From the NCBI GenBank assembly GCA_013286205.1, contig JABDGD010000009.1:3759-67758 (forward strand): a stretch of DNA of 64,000 nt. Direction: 5' to 3'. The notes under the pieces were generated by a model. The model searched no databases. It had not been told where the DNA came from and saw nothing but the letters and a program-made list of their open reading frames with translations. Position numbers and translations under genes: made by a program. The DNA comes from Candidatus Firestoneibacteriota bacterium (GTDB lineage: Bacteria; Oederibacteriota; Muellerivitia; Muellerivitales; Muellerivitaceae). Of the stretch, positions 54,506-62,200 are shown piece by piece; position 1 is the stretch's first letter; each line of letters opens with the position of its first letter.

Positions 54506-55078
54506 CTAAACCGGCAGCTTAGAATTAAACAAACGCCTGCCAGACACCGCGATTTGAACCTGTGTGAAACCGTGAAAGATTAAATAGACGCCCAGAAAGG
54601 TTCCCGGCACCCATGTGCCCGACACAGGCCACTCCGCGTATATAACACAGGCGCAAAAAATTGAGACAATGCCTCCCAAAGCCACCCACCCCTGATAAGG
54701 GTGCGGACCAAAAAAACAGGACACCAGCGAAACCAAACCGCTGGTGAAAATAAAGATCGCGATGAGCATGGTTAAGATAACCGCGTTTTCCATTGGGTGA
54801 ATCAGCAGAAAGAAACCACAAACAAAGGCCAAGACGCCAAAAACCACAAATGACCAATGGCCTCCTGTTTCTCTAATACGGTAGGCAAAATAAATCATCA
54901 CCAAACCGCTGAGCATAAAAAGCCATCCCAGATAAACCACCGCAGCGAAAGTCGCCAGACTGGTGAAGGTCACTGCCAGAAAACCCAGCACGATATTGAA
55001 AATGCCCAAAGACAAAAGCCAGCCATATTCAGCATGAGCCTTATCGCCTTTGCGATGAAGCGCTTGAATATAATCCAT
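54506..55078 (-). CDS. HdeD/DUF308-family acid-resistance-type membrane protein
   Basis: 190 aa, 6 TM, with the repeated LGI(F)NIVLGFLAV / GVLAFVCGFFLLIHP pattern typical of HdeD. Confidence 0.7.
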   Translation of the reverse strand: MDYIQALHRKGDKAHAEYGWLLSLGIFNIVLGFLAVTFTSLATFAAVVYLGWLFMLSGLVMIYFAYRIRETGGHWSFVVFGVLAFVCGFFLLIHPMENAVILTMLIAIFIFTSGLVSLVSCFFGPHPYQGWVALGGIVSIFCACVIYAEWPVSGTWVPGTFLGVYLIFHGFTQVQIAVSGRRLFNSKLPV

Positions 55079-55111
55079 GACAACTCCCTCTTCTTATTTA
55101 ATTCTCAGCTT

Positions 55112-55516
55112 TTAGTAGCCATGCTCGTCATAAGCGGAATCGTAATAGTAGTAAGTATCCTTTTGTTCATGAATGAAAGCCGAATTCACGTCTAAACTGG
55201 CGTTGTATGCCTCGTATTTTTCATGGCGCATGGTCTTTCTCGTGCCATTGGCTTTGGCCTCCTCATTAATTTGCTTCTCAACCATATTCAAAACATCGCG
55301 GCAGCTCTGTGCCTGCTCTTCTGTCAGGCTGTGATCCTGTAAACCCAAAGTAATGCGCTCTCTTTGGCTTTTGATGCGGTCTTTCAACTCGAAAATTCTA
55401 GCACGAGCCACTTTGTGGGCCGCCACCGGCACGGTTTGAGCTGATACCAAACTCGTCATTCCCGCCATAAAAATTGAGACTATTAGCATAAATTTACTCG
55501 TCACGAAAACCTCCAT
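55112..55516 (-). CDS. Secreted protein of unknown function
   Basis: 134 aa with a signal peptide ending TSLVSAQT, a helical middle part, and a Tyr-rich C-terminus (KDTYYYYDSAYDEHGY). Confidence 0.5.
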   Translation of the reverse strand: MEVFVTSKFMLIVSIFMAGMTSLVSAQTVPVAAHKVARARIFELKDRIKSQRERITLGLQDHSLTEEQAQSCRDVLNMVEKQINEEAKANGTRKTMRHEKYEAYNASLDVNSAFIHEQKDTYYYYDSAYDEHGY

Positions 55517-55531
55517 CAGAATTTATATTCT

Positions 55532-55568
55532 AAAAAAATGGGGCTGGTGTTTCGCGAACACCGGCCCC
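55532..55568 (-). terminator. Rho-independent terminator after 55591..56364
   Basis: A 12-bp stem, GGGGCTGGTGTT (55540-51) pairing with AACACCGGCCCC (55557-68) with one mismatch, is followed on the minus strand by T7. Confidence 0.7.
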
Positions 55569-55590
55569 AGGAAAAGCAACGAAACGAGAA

Positions 55591-56364
55591 TTACTTAGAG
55601 ACTGAAGCCTGATCTTCGGCGGCCGTACTGCTGGTAACCGAGGCTTGTTCGTCATCGTTCAAATGCTTGACCGCCGCTTCTAAATGACGGCGATCACGCT
55701 TTAACTCAGCCACAGCTTCGGCTTTTTCAGCGATGCGTTTGTTCAACTTATTAGTGTCTTCATCGACGACATTTTTATCATTTTCAACATCGGCCTTCAG
55801 CTTTTCAATTTCATCCGAGGCATTTCTTTTCTGAGCGTCAGCCAATTTGTCCGCGTGTTCAGCGGCCTTTTTGCTGTCGCGGGCGATGTCATTGCGCGTA
55901 TTACGAATTTTTTCATCGTATTTACGGATAACAACCTTCTCATTCTCGATTTTATTCGCCAAATGCTTTTTCAAGCGTTCATTATCCTTAGCGACTAAGT
56001 CCTCATCGTTTTTGACATCTTTCTTCAGATCGTCAGCCATCTTCTCATCCTTATTCTCCACAGCATCCTTCAGCTTATCCTTGTCATCGGCCAATTTCTG
56101 GGTATCACGGGCGATATCGGTACGCACGTTATGAATATCGACCTCATTTTCGTGAATGGAGGCTTTATTCACTTCGATCTTATCCGTTTCATTCACATCA
56201 GCTCTGCCATTGACCATTTTCGTATTTGCGCTGACGTTCGCGTCAGCGTTGACTTCAGTTTTTACCAAAGGCTTGTTCGTTTGCAGAATAGCTTCTTCCG
56301 CCGCGACCATTCCAGCTCCCGACAAAATCAAAACTCCCACAGCTGCTGCTAATAAACGCTTCAT
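55591..56364 (-). CDS. Secreted K/D/N/E-rich coiled-coil protein (LEA-like composition)
   Basis: 257 aa with a signal peptide ending GMVAAEEA. It has long runs such as DIARDTQKLADDKDKLKDAVENKDEKMADDLKKDVKNDEDLVAKDNERLKKHL. Confidence 0.55.
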   Translation of the reverse strand: MKRLLAAAVGVLILSGAGMVAAEEAILQTNKPLVKTEVNADANVSANTKMVNGRADVNETDKIEVNKASIHENEVDIHNVRTDIARDTQKLADDKDKLKDAVENKDEKMADDLKKDVKNDEDLVAKDNERLKKHLANKIENEKVVIRKYDEKIRNTRNDIARDSKKAAEHADKLADAQKRNASDEIEKLKADVENDKNVVDEDTNKLNKRIAEKAEAVAELKRDRRHLEAAVKHLNDDEQASVTSSTAAEDQASVSK

Positions 56365-56420
56365 GTTGTTTCTCCGTTTTTTTAAGTTAAAACCCGCATA
56401 AGGTTCAAGCTTCTAGGTAA

Positions 56421-56436
56421 AGCAAGTAACGTGCCG
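56421..56436 (-). promoter_or_regulatory. Sigma-54 (-24/-12) promoter
   Basis: The minus strand reads CGGCACGTTACTTGCT, 58 nt upstream of ATG 56364. Confidence 0.8.
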
Positions 56437-56539
56437 TCTCGATTTTAGAAAAACTTCTTTTTGCAACCGCCGCGAATCACGAAAGTGTTGATTTTCATTC
56501 ATAGCGGAATTAGTTTTGAAGCCGTTTTAAAAAGAACTA

Positions 56540-56569
56540 TCAAAACGATCTGGCCGATAATCATTTTGA
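56540..56569. promoter_or_regulatory. Candidate EBP enhancer (UAS) dyad
   Basis: TCAAAACGA-N12-TCATTTTGA, with starts 21 bp apart. It lies 104 bp upstream of the -24 box of promoter 56421. Confidence 0.7.
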
Positions 56570-56590
56570 TTCTGGTGTGAAAAGCACCAA

Positions 56591-57613
56591 TCAAAAGGCT
56601 AACTGTAAATTAAGCCCTGTGTCCAATTGGAGAACATCTTGTCCCGCCACCGATGAAAACTGCTGGGTATAGCCCCCCAACGCCTGGATTTTAAGATTCC
56701 ACGCTGGAACGATTGTCCATCCCAGGGAAAGCGGCAGACTGAAAGCTTCGTCTACGCGATTTTCATTTGATGGAACCTGATTGACGTTGTAATAACGGGT
56801 GTAAGCGGTGAAATCAAAAATTAGATTGAGCCGTGAGGTAAACCGGTAGATGAAAGGAATCTCAATCGCTAACGCGCTCGAACCCGTCGTCGAGGCATTT
56901 CCCGAACCATCGTCAATTTGAATCCATCGCTGGCTGACACCAGGGTTGAAATCAATTTCCAGCGGATCAGTTGAATCTCCCTCTTTTCCACCCGTACCCA
57001 AAATTCGGTTGAAGTTGTAACCCAGCTCAACATCATTAACCCAGGCGTGACCTGAGAAATTCGCGGGCACGGTAAAACCAACCTTATAGGCCACAAAGGG
57101 AGCGGCGTCAAAATGGACACCTTCATTGGTGAAATTAACCTGAAATTGCCCTGAAACCGTATTGAGGTTATATCCCGAATCGTCCAGGTAGAGCGCCGTA
57201 TCCGCCTCCAGGATCTCTGTCAAAAGTAAGTTCTCGGACATGGGGGCTGAATGAAGAAACGCGACTTGAGGGTCAAAATTCCAGGCAGGCGTACCTGAGC
57301 CGTTCGCTAACCCTGGATTGGTGTTATAAGTCAGCGGCGCCGTAATCGCGAAAATAGATTCCGACGAGCCAGGTCCCTGAATTCCCGTATTCCCCCCGGA
57401 CAAAAGGTTTAAAAGTTGACTGCTGAGGGACGGCGAGAGTCTTGAATCCACATTAAGGTTTTGTTGAGGCTGGTTCGCCGGATTAGTCAGTGGATTGGAA
57501 ACAATTGGAGCCGTGGGAACCGGCAGCGCAGGAAGAGCAAAAACCTTTTCGATGACCCCTTGAAAAAACAAAAGAAACACTAAAACCATTCCTAATAATT
57601 TTAAAAATGACAT
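56591..57613 (-). CDS. Outer-membrane beta-barrel-like protein
   Basis: 340 aa with a signal peptide. It has alternating amphipathic strands and the C-terminus LDTGLNLQLAF ending in Phe, an OMP beta-signal. Confidence 0.5.
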   Translation of the reverse strand: MSFLKLLGMVLVFLLFFQGVIEKVFALPALPVPTAPIVSNPLTNPANQPQQNLNVDSRLSPSLSSQLLNLLSGGNTGIQGPGSSESIFAITAPLTYNTNPGLANGSGTPAWNFDPQVAFLHSAPMSENLLLTEILEADTALYLDDSGYNLNTVSGQFQVNFTNEGVHFDAAPFVAYKVGFTVPANFSGHAWVNDVELGYNFNRILGTGGKEGDSTDPLEIDFNPGVSQRWIQIDDGSGNASTTGSSALAIEIPFIYRFTSRLNLIFDFTAYTRYYNVNQVPSNENRVDEAFSLPLSLGWTIVPAWNLKIQALGGYTQQFSSVAGQDVLQLDTGLNLQLAF

Positions 57614-57664
57614 TACTTATTTTCCTTGTATCTTTGGATTTAAATCGGCGATTTCTTCACGACC

Positions 57665-57709
57665 AAAAAAATCCCCATGCGATTCATTTGTTGAAAACAC
57701 ATGGGGGAT
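57665..57709 (-). terminator. Rho-independent terminator ending the 58774-57752 operon
   Basis: ATCCCCATG (57671-79) pairs with CATGGGGGAT (57700-09), followed on the minus strand by T7. Confidence 0.7.
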
Positions 57710-57751
57710 CATCACTATTCGAATTTTATTACGATTCAACTGATAACTAAC

Positions 57752-57955
57752 TTAACGATCCCAGTCGTGACGGTCTTCATGCCAAGCATGGTGAGCGCGC
57801 CATTCATCGTCGTAATCGTGATCGTAATGCCATCTTTGATCATGGACGACTTCAACACCTACTCCCGAGCCGTTGACATGCGCGTAGCATCCGGCGTTAA
57901 ACATCGACAAGCCGGTTAGCAAAACAAAGCAAAAACCAAAAGTAAATTTTTTCAT
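57752..57955 (-). CDS. Small His/Asp/Trp-rich lipoprotein
   Basis: RBS GGGAGG precedes ATG 57955: MKKFTFGFCFVLLTGLSMFNAGCYA (lipobox). The mature part reads ...VVHDQRWHYDHDYDDEWRAHHAWHEDRHDWDR. Confidence 0.55.
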   Translation of the reverse strand: MKKFTFGFCFVLLTGLSMFNAGCYAHVNGSGVGVEVVHDQRWHYDHDYDDEWRAHHAWHEDRHDWDR

Positions 57956-57994
57956 CTGAACCTCCCATTTTTTTAACAGCCCCCAACTCAAAAA

Positions 57995-58246
57995 TTACCG
58001 GTTGTTATCAAAAGACGACTCGGTTGAAATTACTCGAATTTGGTTCACCACGCGTCGAACTCCACCGACCCTTTTAACTACCGTATCAATCTGGCGTTTC
58101 TCCTCGAAGTCCTCAGCGCTGCCGGACAACGTCGCCGTACCATCCTTGACCTTCACGTGAAAGTGAGTGCCCATTCCACGCACTTGCTGGTAAATATGGG
58201 TTTCCATTTCCAAATCCCTGGGATCAAAATCAAGTTCATTTGGCAT
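57995..58246 (-). CDS. Small cytoplasmic BON-domain protein (subtype A)
   Basis: 83 aa: HFHVKVKDGTATLSGSAEDFEEKRQIDTVVKRVGGVRRVVNQIRV. Confidence 0.75.
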   Translation of the reverse strand: MPNELDFDPRDLEMETHIYQQVRGMGTHFHVKVKDGTATLSGSAEDFEEKRQIDTVVKRVGGVRRVVNQIRVISTESSFDNNR

Positions 58247-58274
58247 TTCGCGACTCCTTTAAACCAACGGTCAG

Positions 58275-58625
58275 CTAAGCGCTCTTCTGGTTGAAACGCC
58301 ACTGCCGCTCCGCCTCACACCAATCAGGCTCCGGATCATTGAAAGGACATCCGCGGGACTGCCAAAGGTAATAAGCGGCAATTTCTAACTGAGTCACTAT
58401 GTCGCTTGAAGCTGAATGATTTTCAATGAAGCCCGTGTTTTGTGCCGGCCTCATCAGGGGCTTTCGTTTCTCAATGCCCGTATAAGGTTTCTCGGCATTG
58501 TTGAAAGGAGCCAATTTCTGTTTTCCCACCAGAACTTCCAGCAGAGTCGGTTGGCCCAGCGGTAAAAAGTGGTCAGATTCGGACTTTTCCATGCTTTCCA
58601 TCATGCCTTCGCTGTAATCGATCAT
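58275..58625 (-). CDS. DUF2934-domain protein
   Basis: 116 aa. The C-terminal LEIAAYYLWQSRGCPFNDPEPDWCEAERQW fits DUF2934. Its ATG overlaps the upstream stop (ATGA). Confidence 0.55.
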   Translation of the reverse strand: MIDYSEGMMESMEKSESDHFLPLGQPTLLEVLVGKQKLAPFNNAEKPYTGIEKRKPLMRPAQNTGFIENHSASSDIVTQLEIAAYYLWQSRGCPFNDPEPDWCEAERQWRFNQKSA

Positions 58626-58774
58626 GATCCCCGCTTACGGCCTTGTAAAAAGCCAATCAGCACAAAGATCAAAGCCACTACCAGAACCACATGGATTAGG
58701 CCGCCCATCGTGTAAGAGGTCACAAAACCAAGAAGCCAAAGAAACAACAGAACCATCGCGATCGTATAAAGCAT
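58622..58774 (-). CDS. Lmo0937-family small membrane protein (50 aa)
   Basis: It is below the ORF-track cutoff. The sequence is MLYTIAMVLLFLWLLGFVTSYTMGGLIHVVLVVALIFVLIGFLQGRKRGS. RBS GAGAAAGGA is present. Confidence 0.6.
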   Translation of the reverse strand: MLYTIAMVLLFLWLLGFVTSYTMGGLIHVVLVVALIFVLIGFLQGRKRGS

Positions 58775-58809
58775 TTTGAAATCCTTTCTCATCTTCTAAC
58801 TCTGGTTAA

Positions 58810-58825
58810 AGCAAGTACCATGCCC
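58810..58825 (-). promoter_or_regulatory. Sigma-54 (-24/-12) promoter
   Basis: The minus strand reads GGGCATGGTACTTGCT, 37 nt upstream of ATG 58774. Confidence 0.7.
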
Positions 58826-58877
58826 CGTTCCGCAGATCAAATCACGCCCTTTTCGACCAATTCGAATTCACAACCTA

Positions 58878-58906
58878 TCAAACTGATCGCCGCCTTTTCG
58901 TTTTGA
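58878..58906. promoter_or_regulatory. Candidate EBP enhancer (UAS) dyad shared by divergent promoters
   Basis: TCAAACTGA-N11-TCGTTTTGA, lying between promoters 58810 (-) and 59004 (+). Confidence 0.55.
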
Positions 58907-59003
58907 GAGCTAAAGTCGATTTCTTATTCCTCCCCCCCCTCTTAATCCGAGTCTCAAATCATCCGTTATTAAGTCAGGCAAACGATTTAAAGCCCATACC
59001 TTT

Positions 59004-59019
59004 CGGTATGTAACTTGCT
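59004..59019 (+). promoter_or_regulatory. Sigma-54 (-24/-12) promoter
   Basis: CGGTATGTAACTTGCT, 46 nt upstream of TTG 59064. Confidence 0.6.
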
Positions 59020-59063
59020 TTATCTCAGGGGGTCTTCAGGAAATAAAATAAAAGGAAATAAAC

Positions 59064-59333
59064 TTGGAAAACTTAAAAGAAGAAGCTGACAAAAAATCAG
59101 AAAGCGGATGCGCTTGCCAATGCCACAACCAATGCGGCGCGTGTAAGAGCGGCTGCGGTCATTGCGGTTTTTGGAAGGGTTTAATTATCGGCGTAGCACT
59201 TTGCGCCCTAATCATGTTCATTTGCGATCGGGTTTGTGAAAACCACATGGGCATGGTTCGCGGTTATTACAACAGCCCTTCTATGACACAAAACGCCGAA
59301 CCAGACAATCACATGAACATGAAAAACAAATAA
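59064..59333 (+). CDS. Small Cys-rich membrane protein
   Basis: 89 aa with a TTG start. SGCACQCHNQCGACKSGCGHCGFWKG has 7 Cys in 22 aa. It is followed by the TM helix LIIGVALCALIMFIC. Confidence 0.5.
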   Translation: MENLKEEADKKSESGCACQCHNQCGACKSGCGHCGFWKGLIIGVALCALIMFICDRVCENHMGMVRGYYNSPSMTQNAEPDNHMNMKNK

Positions 59334-59398
59334 GCTTGTTTCACCGCTTTGGGCGGCCATGGCTGCCCAAACCTTTTTTCACCTTAAAGGAAAAGACA

Positions 59399-59623
59399 AT
59401 GAATTCAAACATGGAACAAAATAACGAAAAAATTCGAGCCAACATCAATACCACCACCGGAATTTTAAAAGAGGGCATCGGCCGGGCCTCGGGTGACAAA
59501 GACATGGAAACTGAAGGCACTATTCAAAAAACCAAAGGTCAGGCTCAAAAATTGAGCATCTCAATTCAAGACGCGATTAAAAAGGGCAAAACCTTATTTG
59601 GATTCAAGTCTAAAAATGGATGA
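59399..59623 (+). CDS. CsbD-family general stress protein
   Basis: ATG 59399 (RBS AAAGGAAAAG) is used. NNEKIRANINTTTGILKEGIGRASGDKDMETEGTIQKTKGQAQKL fits the CsbD pattern. Confidence 0.7.
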   Translation: MNSNMEQNNEKIRANINTTTGILKEGIGRASGDKDMETEGTIQKTKGQAQKLSISIQDAIKKGKTLFGFKSKNG

Positions 59624-59843
59624 TCCTTCATTGCCGGATCTTTTTTTCTTTTTGATTTGCGTGGCTTTGTCCTTTTTCTTATGGGACGTGGCTCTGCCTC
59701 ACGCTAAAAAGCAACTCAAACCCGAGCATCAAAAAAACGTAAAGTATTTTATAGCGCTCGTTTCTTTGCTGCTTTTTGGCCTGGCCGTGCACTGTGGCTA
59801 TGATGTGGCCAGCAGTGTCTTTAATTTCAACGATCCTCTATAA
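59616..59843 (+). CDS. Small two-TM membrane protein
   Basis: ATG 59616 overlaps the CsbD stop. The TM helices are LFFFLICVALSFFLWDV and YFIALVSLLLFGLAV. Confidence 0.45.
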   Translation: MDDPSLPDLFFFLICVALSFFLWDVALPHAKKQLKPEHQKNVKYFIALVSLLLFGLAVHCGYDVASSVFNFNDPL

Positions 59844-59875
59844 AAAAAGCCGGGGGCTTGTTAGCCCCCAGCTTT
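59842..59875. terminator. Bidirectional hairpin terminator
   Basis: GCCGGGGGC (59849-57) pairs with GCCCCCAGC (59864-72). The A7 run on the 5' side gives U7 for the minus-strand DUF3494 operon transcript. Confidence 0.7.
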
Positions 59876-59903
59876 CAAATATCATCAATAACCCCTTAAA
59901 CCT

Positions 59904-60677
59904 TTAGGGGAAAGTGATGTTGTTCGCCAAGAAAGTCACGTTAGCTGTCTGCGCTAACGCGCGTCCTTCTAACGAGGCGCCCGTATTGAAGGTTACTGCC
60001 GTATGAGCCATAACATTTCCCGCGAAGGAAGCTGTGGTATCTAACGAACAATAGCCGGTCACCTGCCAGAAAATGTTGGCAGCTTTGGCCCCGTTGATCA
60101 GATTAACTTTTCGAGCCGAAGCGACTATCAGATTACCCGTCACCTGAATAATGAACACAGCGTTCGAGTTGCCTTGGGCGTCAAAAGTCATATCCGATGT
60201 CGCTAAATGAAGGTCGCCCAAATCCGTATAAAGACCGGCATAAAGCGTTTGACCACCGATATCCCCGCCAGCGGGAATAACAGCTCCACCCGTGCGATGC
60301 GAAGCGTCTGTGTAGGCAGCACCTAAAGCCAGTTCGGCGTTAGTCGCGGCCGTATTGTTAACATCTGTCGCGCCGCCACAGATCACAATAATGCTTCCAG
60401 GAACAGACGGATTGGTACATGCAAGGCCCCCGCAAACCGTTGTGGCTCCCGTGTTGGTAATGCCCGTAGCGGACAACACCCCATAATTAGCCGCCGTACC
60501 TAAAACCACCATAGCCTGAACGGATTGAGCCGTAGCGATAGGCGTTGCGGTAAAAGTAGGCGTGCCAAATCCCCCGCCGGGATGTGAAGGATCTGAAGGA
60601 TTAGAACTGCTGCAACCCACCATCAAAGCCATTGGAAGCAGGGCCATAACTACTAAACTACCGATTAACTTTTTCAT
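59904..60677 (-). CDS. DUF3494 (ice-binding-protein fold) lipoprotein
   Basis: The lipobox is LMVGCSSS. The blocks are AANYGVLSATGITNTGATTVCG, LALGAAYTDA, IGGQTLYAGLY, FDAQGNSNAVFIIQ, NGAKAANIFWQV and GRALAQTANVTF. Confidence 0.75.
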   Translation of the reverse strand: MKKLIGSLVVMALLPMALMVGCSSSNPSDPSHPGGGFGTPTFTATPIATAQSVQAMVVLGTAANYGVLSATGITNTGATTVCGGLACTNPSVPGSIIVICGGATDVNNTAATNAELALGAAYTDASHRTGGAVIPAGGDIGGQTLYAGLYTDLGDLHLATSDMTFDAQGNSNAVFIIQVTGNLIVASARKVNLINGAKAANIFWQVTGYCSLDTTASFAGNVMAHTAVTFNTGASLEGRALAQTANVTFLANNITFP

Positions 60678-60760
60678 TTTATCTCTTTTCTTTATCTATT
60701 CCCGAACCCGAGGGTTCAGGAAGCCAGCACAAACCGGCTCACATCCGGTTAAATCAAAAA

Positions 60761-61342
60761 CTAAATAAACGACAACCCTACTAAGAGCGTAAAAGTGCCG
60801 TTTTGAACGTTTTGAGTGGAATTCACATTGGTCAACCCAATTTCATAACGCCCGCTCACCAAGAACTTGGAGAAGGTCGCTTGAGCTCCAATAATCAACC
60901 CAATATCGGTTTGATTGATATTGGCCACACCCGCCACATTGGTGTCAAAAGCCGGACCCAATAAAATACCGGGATTGAAAACGGGTATGCCAAAGGTGAC
61001 ATCCAAAAGAACCGGAACTTCGATGTAGTTCAGTTGGTAAGCGTTGCCGTTATATTTGCCGCCCTTTTGCTCATAAAGAATTTCCGGCTGAAGCGCTAAA
61101 GACGGGGTGAGAGGCAGGTCGGCAAAAGCGCCGGCCACAAATCCCAGGCGTGAAGCGAAAACATCTTTGGCGTCAGACCCGTTAAATCCCGCCAAATCAA
61201 TACCGCCTTCCACACCCAACCTGGGCCCCGAACCTTCCTCGATCCCGCCTTCAGCTCTCGCCAAAGAACTTCCCGTCGCGAAAAGACACAAACAACTTAT
61301 AGTTAATAAAAACTTTTTCATTTCTTTACCTTTCATCGTCAT
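60761..61342 (-). CDS. Outer-membrane beta-barrel protein (PorT/OMP_b-brl_2-like), paralog of 18711..19304
   Basis: The blocks are LGVEGGIDLAGFNG, ASRLGFVAGAF, QPEILYEQKGGKY and YIEVPVLLD. ATG 61321 (MKKFLLT) is an alternative start. Confidence 0.7.
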   Translation of the reverse strand: MTMKGKEMKKFLLTISCLCLFATGSSLARAEGGIEEGSGPRLGVEGGIDLAGFNGSDAKDVFASRLGFVAGAFADLPLTPSLALQPEILYEQKGGKYNGNAYQLNYIEVPVLLDVTFGIPVFNPGILLGPAFDTNVAGVANINQTDIGLIIGAQATFSKFLVSGRYEIGLTNVNSTQNVQNGTFTLLVGLSFI

Positions 61343-61344
61343 AG

Positions 61345-62139
61345 TTAGGGGTGGGTAATTTTATTGGTTAACAGCGTTACGTTTCCGTTTTCAGCCAATG
61401 CCCGGCCCGTCAAGACCGCTCCCGTATTCAGCGTCACTGAGGTATAGGCCATGATATTTCCCACCATGGAAACCGTGGTATCCATGGAACAATAGCCCGC
61501 TGCCGTCCAAAAAACGTTGGCCGCTTGCGCGCCGTTAGTCAAAATGATTTTGCGGCCCGGACCAATAACCAGATTATTGGTCGACTGGAAAATAAAGATT
61601 GAATTAATATTTCCATTGCCGTTCAAGGTTAAGTCAGACATAGCCACATTGAGATTGCCTCCGCAATTGTATAAACCGGGATAAAGAGTCTGGCCTCCGA
61701 TATCGGCGCCCGCGGGAATAGAAGCTCCACCCGACCGTCCCGAAGCGTCCGTATAAGCCGTTCCCAGGTTTAGTTTGGCGATATTCGCCGCGCCGTCACC
61801 CACGTCAATCGCGCCGCCGCAGGATTCCACAATCGCTGGCGAACCGGTCACCGAGGTCGAACCATTCGGATAACAGCCGTAACCACCGCAGGTCGTCGTC
61901 GGACCGCTATTGGTAATCCCCGTATAAGAGAGAACCACATAATTGGCCGCATTTCCCAAATTAACCGTGGTTTGCAAGGTGGTTTGAGGTGTTGAATAAG
62001 GGGCCTGTGTGGCGGTTGAGGTGGGACCCGGAGTAGACGACCCTCCTACTGGACCCGAACCGCCGCTATTAGCGCAGCCAATCACAAACAACACAGGAAG
62101 CGATACCAATACAAACAAACCGCCAATAAGCTTTCTCAT
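61345..62139 (-). CDS. DUF3494 (ice-binding-protein fold) lipoprotein
   Basis: The lipobox is FVIGCANS. The blocks are AANYVVLSYTGITNSGPTTTCG, LNLGTAYTDA, IGGQTLYPGLY, NGAQAANVFWTA and GRALAENGNVTL. Confidence 0.75.
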   Translation of the reverse strand: MRKLIGGLFVLVSLPVLFVIGCANSGGSGPVGGSSTPGPTSTATQAPYSTPQTTLQTTVNLGNAANYVVLSYTGITNSGPTTTCGGYGCYPNGSTSVTGSPAIVESCGGAIDVGDGAANIAKLNLGTAYTDASGRSGGASIPAGADIGGQTLYPGLYNCGGNLNVAMSDLTLNGNGNINSIFIFQSTNNLVIGPGRKIILTNGAQAANVFWTAAGYCSMDTTVSMVGNIMAYTSVTLNTGAVLTGRALAENGNVTLLTNKITHP

Positions 62140-62200
62140 TTAAATTTCCTTAACTATTCTTGGACAATTACAAACGCTCATGAATCCAGGCCTTAGTTAA

